A stretch of DNA of 64,000 nucleotides. Origin: an uncultured Chloroflexia bacterium. Its GTDB lineage: Bacteria; Chloroflexota; Limnocylindria; Limnocylindrales; CSP1-4. The notes beneath the pieces were generated by a model that was given only the letters and a program-made list of their open reading frames with translations, made no database searches and was not told the origin of the DNA. The position numbers and the translations under genes are program-made. Shown in pieces: positions 48,786 to 58,693 of this stretch (within the stretch, counting starts at the first letter, position 1; each line of letters opens with the position of its first letter). Location: assembly GCA_963813335.1 (NCBI GenBank), contig CAWEYL010000001.1, forward strand, positions 928,001-992,000, read 5' to 3'.

Positions 48786-50171
48786 CTAGAGCGTGGTCGC
48801 GGCCAGCTCGTCGAAGGCCCGTACGACCGCCCGGATGGCCGTCTCGTAGTTGGCCAGGTCCATCCATTCGTTGGGGGCGTGGGCGTGGTCGTCGGGCTGG
48901 GTGAACCCGAGCAGCACGACCGGCAGCCCGAGGATCGTCTCGAAGCTGGCGCTGACCGGGATGCTGCCACCCTCCCGGATGAAGACCGGGGCCCGGCCGA
49001 AGGTCGCTTCGAGCGCCCGGGCGCAGGCCTGCGTCGCGGGATGGTCGATCGGCGTGAGGATCGGCCGCCCACCGCCGAGGTACGTGGCCGTGGTCGTCAC
49101 GCCCGGGGGCGCGATCGCCGCCACGTAGGCCTGGAACACCTCGAAGATCCGCGCGGGATCCTGGTCGGCGACGAGCCGGCAGCTGATCTTGGCGTGGGCG
49201 TGTGCCGGGATGATGGTCTTGGTGCCGTCTCCCTGGAACCCACCCCAGATGCCGTTGACGTCCAGCGTCGGGCGGGCGCCCTTCCGCTCGAGCACGGTGT
49301 ATCCCGCCTCGCCGACGAGGGCGGGCACGCCGATGGACGCCTGGTAGGCCGCCTCGTCGAACGGCAGGGCGGAAAGGGCCGTGCGGTCCGCGTCGGTCAA
49401 CGGCACCACGTCGTCGTAGAACCCCGGGACGAGGATCCGGCCATCCGGCCCCTTGAGGGCGGCGATGATGGTCGCGAGCGCGTTGACCGGGTTCTCGACG
49501 GCGCCCCCGAAGCTGCCCGAGTGCAGGTCGATCGGTCCGCCGACGACGTCGATCTGGGCGTACATGATCCCGCGCAGGCTGGCGGTGATCGACGGGATGT
49601 TGCCCTCGAAGAACCCGCTGTCGCTGATGACCGCGACGTCGGCGCTCAAGCGCTCCCGGTTGTCCTGGAGCCAGCGCTCGAGGTGGACCGACGACGACTC
49701 CTCCTCGCCCTCGAAGACGTAGCGGACGTTGAGCGGGAACCCGCCGCGCGTCGCCATCAGGGCCGCCGCGGCCATGACATGCAGGTGGATCTGGCCCTTG
49801 TCGTCGGCCGCCCCGCGGGCCAGCATCCGGCCGTCCACGACGACGGGCTCGAACGGCGGCGACGTCCACAGGTCCAGCGGATCGACCGGCTGCACGTCGT
49901 AATGCCCGTAGACCAGGACCGTCGGCGCGCCCTCGGCGTGGAGCCAGTCGCCGTAGACCACGGGATGTCCGCTGGTCTCCGCCACCTCGACGTGCTCGAT
50001 CCCGGCCGTCCGCATCGCGTCGGCGAGCCAGCCCGCGGCCCGGCGGCAGTCGTCGGCATGGGCCGGGATGCCGGAGATGCTCGGGATGCGCAGGAACGCC
50101 TGGTAGGAGGCCAGGCGCGCGTCGTGGGTGGCGTCGAGGTGGGCTTCGAGGGCGTCGTCGAGAGCGGTCAT
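48786..50171 (-). CDS. M20-family dipeptidase
   Basis: YGHYDVQP, RGAADDKGQ, EGEEESSS, DLHSG, GGSIP, HAPNE. Confidence 0.93.
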   Translation of the reverse strand: MTALDDALEAHLDATHDARLASYQAFLRIPSISGIPAHADDCRRAAGWLADAMRTAGIEHVEVAETSGHPVVYGDWLHAEGAPTVLVYGHYDVQPVDPLDLWTSPPFEPVVVDGRMLARGAADDKGQIHLHVMAAAALMATRGGFPLNVRYVFEGEEESSSVHLERWLQDNRERLSADVAVISDSGFFEGNIPSITASLRGIMYAQIDVVGGPIDLHSGSFGGAVENPVNALATIIAALKGPDGRILVPGFYDDVVPLTDADRTALSALPFDEAAYQASIGVPALVGEAGYTVLERKGARPTLDVNGIWGGFQGDGTKTIIPAHAHAKISCRLVADQDPARIFEVFQAYVAAIAPPGVTTTATYLGGGRPILTPIDHPATQACARALEATFGRAPVFIREGGSIPVSASFETILGLPVVLLGFTQPDDHAHAPNEWMDLANYETAIRAVVRAFDELAATTL

Positions 50172-50287
50172 CGGGTGGTCAGCACTCCGTCGGGGTTGTC
50201 GTCCGCGGCATTGTAGGGTCGGCGCGGGCGGCTAGGATGGGCGGCAGCATCGAGCGCCCCGTTCCGCAGCTGAGGTCCCGACCCGAC

Positions 50288-52480
50288 GTGGCTGTCACCC
50301 CACCCGTCCAGGCGCCGCCGCGCGAGATGGTCCCGAGCTGGCTCCACCGCCTCGCCGCGATCGGGTGGCGGGTGCTGGTCATCGTCGGCCTGGCCATCAT
50401 CGCGATCGCGCTCGCGATCAAGCTCGCGTCGGTCACCGCGTCGATCCTCGTCGCGCTGCTCATCTGCGCGACGTTCGGCCCCTACTCGGACCGGCTGCGC
50501 CGACGGGGCTGGTCCGGCACGAAGACCGCCGGCGTCGTGACGCTCGCCGTGATCGGGATCTTCGTGGGGGCGATCGTCCTGATCGTCCTGGCCATCCTCC
50601 CGGCCGTGTCCGACGTCCTCGCGGCGGTGGACCGGGGCATCAACATGATCGGGGCGTGGATGGTCTCCGTCGGGCTCTCGAGCGACCTGGCGACCACCAT
50701 CGAGCACCTCGACGAGCAGTTCGCCTCGTGGCTGTCCTCGAGCGCGCTCGGCCTGCTGAGCTCCGCCGCGTCGATCATCACCGTGGTGATGCTCGCCGGC
50801 TTCCTGACGTTCTACTTCCTCCAGGACGGCGAGAGCGCCGCGAACGTCCTCACGCAGAGCCTGCCGGAGGGCCGTCGCGGGCGCGCGCTCGACGCGGGCC
50901 GGGTCGCGATGTGGTCGGCTGGCGGCTACCTCCGGCGGACCGCCGTCCGGGCGACCATCCGCGGCGTCACGATGTTCGTCTTCCTCATCGTCCTCGGCGT
51001 CCCGCAGGCCAGTGCGCTTGCCGTGATCGTGTTCTTCGGCGGCTTCGTCCCCTATCTCGGCGCGATCTTCACCAGCATCATCGTGCTGCTCGCGGCCTAC
51101 GTGTCCGGCGGGCTGGGCACGGCGGTGCTGCTGGCCATCTTGATCGTGCTCGTCGTCCTGTTCGACGGGCGGATCCCGGCCCTGCGTGTGGACCCGAAGG
51201 GCGTGCGCCTGCACCCCGGCCTCGTGATCGTCGCGCTCCCGGCCGGCGCGGCACTGGCGGGCATCCCGGGCATGATCGTGGCCGTCCCGACGGTGGCGGT
51301 CGCCGTCGCCCTGGCCGGCACGGTCATCGAGGTCCTCAGCGGGCTGCCGCGCGGCGCCCCCCAGGTCCAGGTGGATGGCGAGGTCCCGATCTGGCTCGAT
51401 CGAGCGGCCCAGTGGAGCTGGCGGCTCCTGGTCGCGGCGGGCCTGCTCGGCCTGGTCCTCGCGGTCGGCTCGCTGATGCCCGGCATCATCGCCCCGATCC
51501 TCGTCGCCGTGACCCTCGCCGCGACCTTCGTGCCGGCAGTCCGGGCGCTCGAGCGACGCGGACTGACCCGCACGCGGTCGGCGGCGCTGATCAGCGTCGT
51601 CCTCTGGGTGGTCGTAGCCGTCGTGACGGTCCAGTCGCTGGCTGCCCTGGCCGGGCCCATGAGCGCGGCTCTCGCGGGGGCGGTCACCGGGAGCGGGCTG
51701 ATCGGCAGCCACCTCCCGCCCGACGTGTCCGGGACGCCGAGTGACGCCGCCTCCAGCGTCGCGGCGCCGATCCGCGAGGTGATCAGCGCGATCCTCGGAT
51801 CGGCCTTCGGCCTGTCCATCTTCCTGGTCCTGTCCGCGCTGCTCGCGTTCTACATGCTCAAGGACGGCGACGGCGCGTGGGCCGCCGCGATGTCGCGGGT
51901 CACCGGCTGGCGCCGCCGCGAGGTGGACATCGCGGCCCACGATTCGGTCACCAAGCTCGGCGGGTACATGATCGCCACCGGCTCCCTCGGCCTCTTCAAC
52001 GCCGTGACCGGCTACGTGATCATGATGCTGCTCGGCCTGCCGCTGGCGCTGCCCGTCGCGGTGCTGTCGTTCTTCGGCGGGTTCATCCCGTACATCGGCC
52101 AGTTCATCACGAGCCTCATCGGGTTCCTGATCGCGTTCGCCTTCGGATCGACCCAGGACATCATCATCATGGGCATCTACACGGCCGTCATGAACGTCGT
52201 CCAGGGCAGCGTCATCGCGCCGCTCGTCTACGGCCGGGCGGTCAGCCTCCATCCCGCGGTCGTGCTCGTGGCCATCCCCGCCGGGGGGTCGCTGGCCGGC
52301 ATCCTCGGGATGTTCCTCGCCGTCCCGCTCCTGGGCATCGCGGCCGGCGTCTGGCGCCACCTGCTGGCAGCCATCGGCTCCGAGGACCCCGCGCTCAAGG
52401 CGGCCGCGGCCCAGACCGCGACCCCGGCCGTCGCCGCGCCGATCCAGGCACCGATCCCGGGTCCCGCGCCCGGGACATGA
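50288..52480 (+). CDS. AI-2E family transporter with two tandem AI-2E units
   Basis: Two repeats of P.WL.R.A...WR.L, FY.L.DG, FFGGF[VI]PY.G, LHP.....P.G..LAGI.GM..AVP; start uncertain (50237/50288/50327). Confidence 0.88.
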   Translation: MAVTPPVQAPPREMVPSWLHRLAAIGWRVLVIVGLAIIAIALAIKLASVTASILVALLICATFGPYSDRLRRRGWSGTKTAGVVTLAVIGIFVGAIVLIVLAILPAVSDVLAAVDRGINMIGAWMVSVGLSSDLATTIEHLDEQFASWLSSSALGLLSSAASIITVVMLAGFLTFYFLQDGESAANVLTQSLPEGRRGRALDAGRVAMWSAGGYLRRTAVRATIRGVTMFVFLIVLGVPQASALAVIVFFGGFVPYLGAIFTSIIVLLAAYVSGGLGTAVLLAILIVLVVLFDGRIPALRVDPKGVRLHPGLVIVALPAGAALAGIPGMIVAVPTVAVAVALAGTVIEVLSGLPRGAPQVQVDGEVPIWLDRAAQWSWRLLVAAGLLGLVLAVGSLMPGIIAPILVAVTLAATFVPAVRALERRGLTRTRSAALISVVLWVVVAVVTVQSLAALAGPMSAALAGAVTGSGLIGSHLPPDVSGTPSDAASSVAAPIREVISAILGSAFGLSIFLVLSALLAFYMLKDGDGAWAAAMSRVTGWRRREVDIAAHDSVTKLGGYMIATGSLGLFNAVTGYVIMMLLGLPLALPVAVLSFFGGFIPYIGQFITSLIGFLIAFAFGSTQDIIIMGIYTAVMNVVQGSVIAPLVYGRAVSLHPAVVLVAIPAGGSLAGILGMFLAVPLLGIAAGVWRHLLAAIGSEDPALKAAAAQTATPAVAAPIQAPIPGPAPGT

Positions 52481-52481
52481 A

Positions 52482-52509
52482 ACGAGCGGGCCGTCACCGG
52501 CCCGCTCGT
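52482..52509. terminator. Perfect 12-bp hairpin between convergent AI-2E and ftsH genes
   Basis: ACGAGCGGGCCG-TCAC-CGGCCCGCTCGT; no clear U-tract. Confidence 0.6.
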
Positions 52510-52537
52510 CGCGCGGTCGTCCTGGTCCGTCAGCGGC

Positions 52538-54439
52538 TCACGCCGGCTGCGGGTTCGGCTCGGCTACCGGCTGTCCCGGGCCGAGGATCGTCGGCGCGCC
52601 GCGCAGCAGCTCCTTCGGGGGAAGGTCGCTGAACAGCGCCTCGAAGCCGTCGCTGTCGACGGTCTCCTCGGCGACCAGCTTCTCGGCGAGGGCGATCAGC
52701 TTGTCCTTGTGCGTGGTCAGGACCTCGGTCGCCCGCTCGTACGCCTTGTCGATGATGGCGCGCACTTCCTCGTCGATGGTCTTGGCGACCTCGTCGGAGT
52801 AGTTGCGCTGCTCGCCGATCTCGCGGCCCAGGAAGACGAGCTCGTCGCGCTTCCCGAACGAGAGCGGGCCGAGCTTGTCGCTCATCCCGAACTCGGTGAC
52901 CATCCGGCGGGCCAGGTCGGTCGCCTTCTCGATGTCGTTGCTGGCGCCCGTCGTCGTGTCGCCGAAGATCATCCGCTCGGCGACGTTGCCGCCCAGCAGG
53001 CCGGCGATCTTGTCCTCGAACTCGGACTTCGACTGGAGGTAGCGGTCCTCCTGCGGCAGTGCCATGGTGTAGCCGAGGGCCATGCCGCGGCTGATGATGG
53101 TGACCTTGGCCACCGGGTCGCACTTGGGGAGGATGCGCTGCACGACGGCGTGCCCGCCCTCGTGGTAGGCGATGATCGCCTTCTCCGCGTCGGAGATGAG
53201 CCGGGACTTGCGCTCCGGGCCGGCCACGATCCGCTCCAGGGCCTCCTGGAACTCGGACATGCCGATGACCTTCTTGTTGCGCCGGGCGGACAGGATGGCC
53301 GCCTCGTTGACGAGGTTGGCGAGGTCAGCGCCCGAGAACCCGGGCGACTGGCGCGCCACGCCTTCGACATCGACGCCCTTGTCGAGCGGCTTGCCCTTGG
53401 TGTGGACCCGCAGGATCTCGGTCCGGCCGCGCATGTCGGGCCGGTCGAGGATGACCTGGCGGTCGAAGCGGCCCGGGCGCAGCAGCGCCGGGTCGAGGAC
53501 GTCCGGCCGGTTGGTGGCCGCCACGACGATCACGTTGGTGTTCGTGTCGAAGCCGTCCATCTCGACGAGGATCTGGTTGAGCGTCTGCTCGCGCTCGTCG
53601 TGGCTGCCGCCGAGGCCGGCACCGCGCTGGCGGCCGACCGCGTCGATCTCGTCGACGAAGACGATGCATGGCGAGTTGCGCTTGGCCTGGTCGAACAGGT
53701 CGCGGACGCGGCTGGCGCCGACGCCGACGAACATCTCGACGAACTCGGAGCCCGAGATGCTGAAGAACGGGACGCCGGCCTCACCCGCGACCGCGCGGGC
53801 CATCAGGGTCTTGCCGGTGCCGGGGGGGCCGACGAGGAGCACGCCGCGCGGGATCCGGGCGCCGAGCGAGTTGAACTTCTCCGGGTACTTCAGGAACTCG
53901 ACGACTTCCTGGAGCTCGGTCTTCGCCTCGTCGACGCCGGCCACGTCGTTGAACGTGACGACGGTCTTGTTGCCGAGGAACATCCGGGCGCGGCTCTTGC
54001 CGAAGCTGAGGGCCTGGTTATTGGTCCCCTGGGCCTGACGCATCATGAAGAAGATGAAGCCGCCGATCACGAGCAGCGGGAGCAGCCCCGTGAGGAGCAG
54101 GCCGAGCCACGACGTGTCGGGGACCGGCTTCGCCTCGTAGATGTCAGATGGCAGGACCTTGGGAAGCGCGGCCGTGACCATGTCCGACCAGACGTTGGTG
54201 AGGCCGGCGACACCCGGGACGACGACGGTCACGGTCTTGCCGTCCTGGCCGGTCACGGTGAGCGTGTCGCTCTCCTGGGAGACGTGCTTGACCGAGCCGG
54301 CCGCGACGTCCGCGAGGAACTGGGAGTAGCCGACCGGGGTGGTCGGGGTGCTGGCCGTGATCCAGGTGAACAGCAGAGCGGCCGTGCCCAGCACGAGCAC
54401 GATCATCACGATGCCGTTCCGGAAGAACTTGGGGTTCAA
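52538..54439 (-). CDS. ftsH: ATP-dependent zinc metalloprotease FtsH
   Basis: Two [43 protein letters not shown]; TTG start 8 nt after GGAGG. Confidence 0.97.
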   Translation of the reverse strand: MNPKFFRNGIVMIVLVLGTAALLFTWITASTPTTPVGYSQFLADVAAGSVKHVSQESDTLTVTGQDGKTVTVVVPGVAGLTNVWSDMVTAALPKVLPSDIYEAKPVPDTSWLGLLLTGLLPLLVIGGFIFFMMRQAQGTNNQALSFGKSRARMFLGNKTVVTFNDVAGVDEAKTELQEVVEFLKYPEKFNSLGARIPRGVLLVGPPGTGKTLMARAVAGEAGVPFFSISGSEFVEMFVGVGASRVRDLFDQAKRNSPCIVFVDEIDAVGRQRGAGLGGSHDEREQTLNQILVEMDGFDTNTNVIVVAATNRPDVLDPALLRPGRFDRQVILDRPDMRGRTEILRVHTKGKPLDKGVDVEGVARQSPGFSGADLANLVNEAAILSARRNKKVIGMSEFQEALERIVAGPERKSRLISDAEKAIIAYHEGGHAVVQRILPKCDPVAKVTIISRGMALGYTMALPQEDRYLQSKSEFEDKIAGLLGGNVAERMIFGDTTTGASNDIEKATDLARRMVTEFGMSDKLGPLSFGKRDELVFLGREIGEQRNYSDEVAKTIDEEVRAIIDKAYERATEVLTTHKDKLIALAEKLVAEETVDSDGFEALFSDLPPKELLRGAPTILGPGQPVAEPNPQPA

Positions 54440-54602
54440 CGAGGGAGCCTCCGGGGGGTACGGACGACGCCGGTGCGCCGCCGCTCGGCCGAGTATAGCG
54501 CCGGGACGGCAGACCACCCTGGGACGGAGGTCCTGGCCCGAACATGGGTACGGACGGCCGCCACGGCCGGATGGTGGCGCGCCCCCACATGAAGGAATCG
54601 CA

Positions 54603-54627
54603 ACGGCCCTCCCGCTGGGAGGGCCGT
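54603..54627 (-). terminator. Terminator-like hairpin downstream of the tRNA
   Basis: ACGGCCCTCCC-GCT-GGGAGGGCCGT perfect 11-bp stem. Confidence 0.65.
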
Positions 54628-54643
54628 CGACCGGTGTCGGGGT

Positions 54644-54718
54644 TGGTAGCGGAGGGCGGATTTGAACCACCGACCAAGGGCTTATGAGTCCCCTGCTCTA
54701 CCACTGAGCTACTCCGCC
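54644..54718 (-). tRNA. tRNA with CAT anticodon, most likely elongator tRNA-Met (Ile2 not excluded)
   Basis: GGCGGAG TA GCTC AGTGGTA GAGC A GGGGA CTCATAA GCCCT TGGTC GGTGG TTCAAAT CCGCC CTCCGCT ACCA; TGC-TAGAAT promoter at 54729-54737; lacks initiator hallmarks. Confidence 0.93.
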
Positions 54719-54790
54719 AAGGCCACCGATTCTAGCAAACGAGGTCCAGACGAGCCATCGGTGGCCCGGCGGGCGGGCTGATGCCCGCGG

Positions 54791-55102
54791 TCAGATCCCG
54801 AGCAGCTTCGCCTTCGCCGCGGCGAATTCCTCGTCGCTGAGGACGCCGGAGGTGTGGAGGCCGGCCAGGTTCTGGAGCTGGGCCATGGTCGGGTCGACCG
54901 CCGGGGCTGCCGGGGCAGCCTGGGCCTGCTGCGCCTCGAGCGCCGCGATCTGCGCGCTCTGCTCGGCGTCCTGCTGGGCCGCCGCCTGCTGCTGCTGCTG
55001 GGCCGCGGCGCTCTTGTTGGCGCTCGAGGCGCCCACGTGCGCTGCGGTCCCCACGACCGCGGCCGTCATCAAGAGGCTGGGGCCTCGTCGTCGTCGCATC
55101 AT
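54791..55102 (-). CDS. SHOCT domain-containing protein
   Basis: C-terminal LQNLAGLHTSGVLSDEEFAAAKAKLL; CAGGAG Shine-Dalgarno. Confidence 0.85.
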   Translation of the reverse strand: MMRRRRGPSLLMTAAVVGTAAHVGASSANKSAAAQQQQQAAAQQDAEQSAQIAALEAQQAQAAPAAPAVDPTMAQLQNLAGLHTSGVLSDEEFAAAKAKLLGI

Positions 55103-55128
55103 CGTCGTCGTCTCCTGTCGTGTTGCGG

Positions 55129-55560
55129 TCAGGCCGGGATGGCGTCGAGCTCGGCGTTGAGCATCTCGAGCGCCTCGGGCGGGATGGTGCTGCGCGCCAC
55201 GAGGAAGCCGCCGGCGTTGCCGATGGCGTCCTTGATGCGCACCGCCCAGCGGTGCTCGAACAGCACGATGAGCGCCGAGGTGTCGGTCGGCAGCACATCG
55301 GCGATCTTCTCGATGTCCTCGGGCGTGAGCAGGCCCATCAGGTCGGACATCATCGGCGTGAAGCTGGCGAACCGCTCGTCAGCCTTGTTGTCGACCTCGA
55401 CGACGGCCACGTCGCCCGCGGTGTCCTTGGTCACGAAGACCAGGTCGACGAGGCGGATGACGCCGCTCTCGACGACCCGCTGGATCTCGTCGGCGATCCG
55501 GCCGGTGAAGTTGTTCCCCTCGAATCCGATCACGGTGTACTCGAGTGGTCCGAGTGTCAT
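55129..55560 (-). CDS. DUF6325/DUF1269-like protein
   Basis: LGPLEY.VIGF.GN.F.G.I, IRLVDLVFV.KD, LFEHRWA; GGAGG Shine-Dalgarno; paired with the SHOCT gene. Confidence 0.8.
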   Translation of the reverse strand: MTLGPLEYTVIGFEGNNFTGRIADEIQRVVESGVIRLVDLVFVTKDTAGDVAVVEVDNKADERFASFTPMMSDLMGLLTPEDIEKIADVLPTDTSALIVLFEHRWAVRIKDAIGNAGGFLVARSTIPPEALEMLNAELDAIPA

Positions 55561-55714
55561 TGGAGCCTCCATCTGGATGCGCCGGCAGCGACGAGCGTCG
55601 TCCCGACTGGGTCGGACTGGGAACCAGGTCCGGTGGCGGGTCCCCGGTCGTAGGTGTGCGGGCCCCCCACTATACGCTCGGCTGGGGGCGGACGATGCCC
55701 CGCAGCCGAGGTCG

Positions 55715-56236
55715 TCAGTCGCCCGGGCCGAACAGGAGTGTCAGCCAGCGGTCGAGCGGGCTGACCCGGCCGGCCGCGGAGCCGAGGCGGACGCTCGCCG
55801 ATCCGGGCGCATCGTCGGCGAGGGGCGGCGCGTCCGGGGCGAGCGCGAAGGCGATCTCCTTGCGCCCGCCGAGGCCGTAGGCGCGGGCCGCCTGCTGGAC
55901 GAAGCCCGGCTGCTGGATCTGCGAGAGCTCGCGCGACATCGCGTCGACCTGGGTCGTCAGGGCGGCGTTGTCGGTCGCCATCTGCTCCGCGCGCGCCGTC
56001 GCCGCCGACGCGGCTCCGACCTGGCGGGCGAAGACGACGATCACCCACACGGCCACGAGGGCGCCGAGCAGCGCCGCGGTCCGCCGGCGGGTCAGGCCGG
56101 CGATCGCGAGGGTCGAGAGGTCCGCGGGTGGGCGCTCGAGGTCCCCGGGATCCGTCGAGGGCGCCCCGCGGCGGGCGCTGTCGAGGGACTCCGCCTCGTC
56201 GTCGGCGGTCGTGGGGGCGTTCGGTCGGCGAACCAT
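55715..56236 (-). CDS. Septum formation initiator (FtsB/DivIC-like) protein
   Basis: One TM, coiled coil, then FVQQAARAYGLGGRKE.AF. Confidence 0.75.
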   Translation of the reverse strand: MVRRPNAPTTADDEAESLDSARRGAPSTDPGDLERPPADLSTLAIAGLTRRRTAALLGALVAVWVIVVFARQVGAASAATARAEQMATDNAALTTQVDAMSRELSQIQQPGFVQQAARAYGLGGRKEIAFALAPDAPPLADDAPGSASVRLGSAAGRVSPLDRWLTLLFGPGD

Positions 56237-56340
56237 CCGGGCGAGGGTAGACTAACCCGCAACGAGGCGTCAACCCGGGCCGGTGTGACAGCCGAGGTGG
56301 CACAGCCGAGTGGAACGGTGCTGCTAGACTGCCACGGATT

Positions 56341-56354
56341 CGAACATCTGTGCG
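56341..56354 (+). promoter_or_regulatory. Putative LexA (SOS) box just downstream of an extended -10 (TGC-TAGACT, 56322-56330)
   Basis: CGAAC-ATCT-GTGCG, one mismatch to CGAAC-N4-GTTCG, in front of DNA repair genes. Confidence 0.6.
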
Positions 56355-56368
56355 ATATGAGGTCCGGC

Positions 56369-58693
56369 ATGCGAACCTACGCCCCGGCTGCCGCCGACGA
56401 TGTCCTGGCCGATCTGCTCAGCGAACCGTCCATGGCCCGGGGCGTGGTCCACCACGAGACCATCCCGGCGCGGCCGGCCATCTTCGGCGACTTCCCCGCC
56501 TGGCTCGACCCGCGGATCGTGGCCGGGCTGGCGGCCCGCGGGGTCGAGCGACCGTACCTCCACCAGGCCGAGGCCATCGAGGCGGTCCATGCCGGCGAGG
56601 ACGTGGTGGTCGTCACGCCCACCGCGTCCGGCAAGACGCTGTGCTACACGCTCCCGGTCCTGCAGGCCATCGCGGACGACCCGTCGGCACGGGCCCTGTT
56701 CCTGTTCCCGACCAAGGCGCTCGGCCAGGACCAGGTGACCGAGTTCGGCGAGCTCTCGGCCGCGATCGGGATGACGATCTCGACATCGACGTACGACGGC
56801 GACACGCCGGCGCCGATCCGCTCGGCGATCCGCTCGGCCGGGCAGGTCGTCGTCACGAACCCGGACATGCTCCACTCCGCGATCCTGCCGCACCACACGA
56901 AGTGGTTCCAGCTGTTCGAGCAGCTGCAGGTGATCGTGATCGACGAGCTGCACACCTACCGGGGCGTCTTCGGCAGCCATGTCGCCAACGTGCTGCGACG
57001 GCTCCTCCGCATCTGCGCCCACTACGGCAGCCGGCCGGTGATCGTGTGCTGCTCGGCCACCATCGGCAACCCGGGCGAGCTGGCCAGGGCGCTCACCGGG
57101 CGCCCGGCCCGCCTGATCGACCGCAACGGGGCGCCGTCCGGCGAGCGGCATGTCCTCCTGGTGGACCCGCCGATCCTCCACCCGGCGAGCGGTGCCCGAG
57201 GGTCCGCGGAGACGCTCGCCCAGCGCTGGGCCCTCCCCTTCGTGCGGGCCGGACGGCAGACGATCGTGTTCGGCCGCTCGCGGGTCGCCGTGGAGATCCT
57301 GCTCACCGGCCTCCGCGAATCGCTGCGCGAGCACTACGGGCCGCGCAGCCGGGTCCGCGGCTATCGCGGCGGCTACCTGCCCACGGAGCGCCGCGCCATC
57401 GAGCGCGGCCTGCGCGACGGCGAGATCCTCGGGGTCGTCGCCACCAACGCCCTCGAGCTCGGCGTGGACATCGGCCGGCTCGACGTCTCCGTCCTGGCCG
57501 GCTATCCGGGCTCGGTCGCGGCGACGTGGCAGCAGATCGGACGCTCCGGCCGACGCCAGGGCACGAGCGTCGCGGTGCTGGTGGCGTCCGGCGCGCCCGT
57601 CGACCAGTACGTCGTCCACCACCCGTCGTTCCTCTTCGACGGGACGCCGGAGGAGGCCAGGCTCGACCCGGACAACCTCCACGTCATCCTCGCCCACCTG
57701 CGGGCTGCGACCTTCGAGCTACCGTTCGAACCAGGCGAGGTCTTCGGGCCGGCGCCGGTCGACGACCTGCTGGCGTTCCTCGCCGAGGAGGCCCACGTCC
57801 GCCAGGCGACCGACGGCCGCTGGTACTGGGCGAGCGAGAACTTCCCCGCCTCCGAGATCTCGCTGCGCGCCGCCGCCCCGGAGAACGTCGTGATCATCGA
57901 CACGACACCGGACCGCCCGCGGGTCCTCGGGGAGGTGGACCTGTTCAGCGCCCAGGTCCTGGTCCACGAGCGGGCGATCTACATCCACGAATCGATCCAG
58001 TACTACGTCGACCGCCTCGAATGGCACGAGCGCAAGGCCTACGTCCACCGCGTCGACGTCGACCACTACACGTACGCGAACCGGGCCGTGACGCTCAAGC
58101 CGCTGGAGGAATTCGCCAAGGCGCCGGCGGTCGGCGGGCAGCGCATCCACGGCGAGGTGATGGTCGCGAGCCTCGTGACGCTGTTCAAGAAGCTGAAGTT
58201 CATCACCGACGAGAACGTCGGCTGGGGCCCCATCGACCTGCCCGAGCTCGAGCTGCAGACCACGGCCTACTGGCTGACCGCGGACGAGGCCCGCGGCCGC
58301 TGGCGGCATGACGAGCTCGACATCGCCATGCTCGGGGCCGGGCGGGCCATCCAGACCGTCGCGGCGATCCTGCTGATGGTCGACCCGCGCGACCTCGGGC
58401 TGGTGACCCAGGTGCGCTCCCCGCATGCCGAGGCGCCGACCATCTACCTGTACGAGGCGGTCCCGGGCGGGATCGGGCTGTCCGAGCGCCTCTGGGAGCG
58501 TCACGAGGAGCTCCTCGACCTGGCCGCCGGCCTCATCGCCGGCTGCGACTGCGACGCCGGCTGTCCGGCCTGCACCGGACCGCGCCTCGAGCCGGGCGTC
58601 GATGCCCGACGGCTCGCGCTCCGGCTTCTTGGCGACCTGGGCGCCACCGCCGCCTCCGGCGCCCGCCCGGGCGCCGTGGCCGCCGCGGGATGA
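56369..58693 (+). CDS. DEAD/DEAH-box helicase with C-terminal DUF1998 (MrfA/YprA/Hrq1 family)
   Basis: TPTASGKT, PTKAL.QDQ, DELH, SATIGNP, YRGGY, TNALELGVD, Q..GRSGR, C-terminal CDCDAGCPAC; alternative start 56357. Confidence 0.92.
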   Translation: MRTYAPAAADDVLADLLSEPSMARGVVHHETIPARPAIFGDFPAWLDPRIVAGLAARGVERPYLHQAEAIEAVHAGEDVVVVTPTASGKTLCYTLPVLQAIADDPSARALFLFPTKALGQDQVTEFGELSAAIGMTISTSTYDGDTPAPIRSAIRSAGQVVVTNPDMLHSAILPHHTKWFQLFEQLQVIVIDELHTYRGVFGSHVANVLRRLLRICAHYGSRPVIVCCSATIGNPGELARALTGRPARLIDRNGAPSGERHVLLVDPPILHPASGARGSAETLAQRWALPFVRAGRQTIVFGRSRVAVEILLTGLRESLREHYGPRSRVRGYRGGYLPTERRAIERGLRDGEILGVVATNALELGVDIGRLDVSVLAGYPGSVAATWQQIGRSGRRQGTSVAVLVASGAPVDQYVVHHPSFLFDGTPEEARLDPDNLHVILAHLRAATFELPFEPGEVFGPAPVDDLLAFLAEEAHVRQATDGRWYWASENFPASEISLRAAAPENVVIIDTTPDRPRVLGEVDLFSAQVLVHERAIYIHESIQYYVDRLEWHERKAYVHRVDVDHYTYANRAVTLKPLEEFAKAPAVGGQRIHGEVMVASLVTLFKKLKFITDENVGWGPIDLPELELQTTAYWLTADEARGRWRHDELDIAMLGAGRAIQTVAAILLMVDPRDLGLVTQVRSPHAEAPTIYLYEAVPGGIGLSERLWERHEELLDLAAGLIAGCDCDAGCPACTGPRLEPGVDARRLALRLLGDLGATAASGARPGAVAAAG

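Noticed and set aside
54425-54437. GAAC-N5-GTTC at the ftsH start
   Set aside because: Wrong spacing for a LexA box and explained by the codons N-P-K-F
54644-55700. Genomic island integrated at the tRNA
   Set aside because: No integrase and no duplicated tRNA 3' end seen; the 3' side leads directly to a hairpin and ftsH
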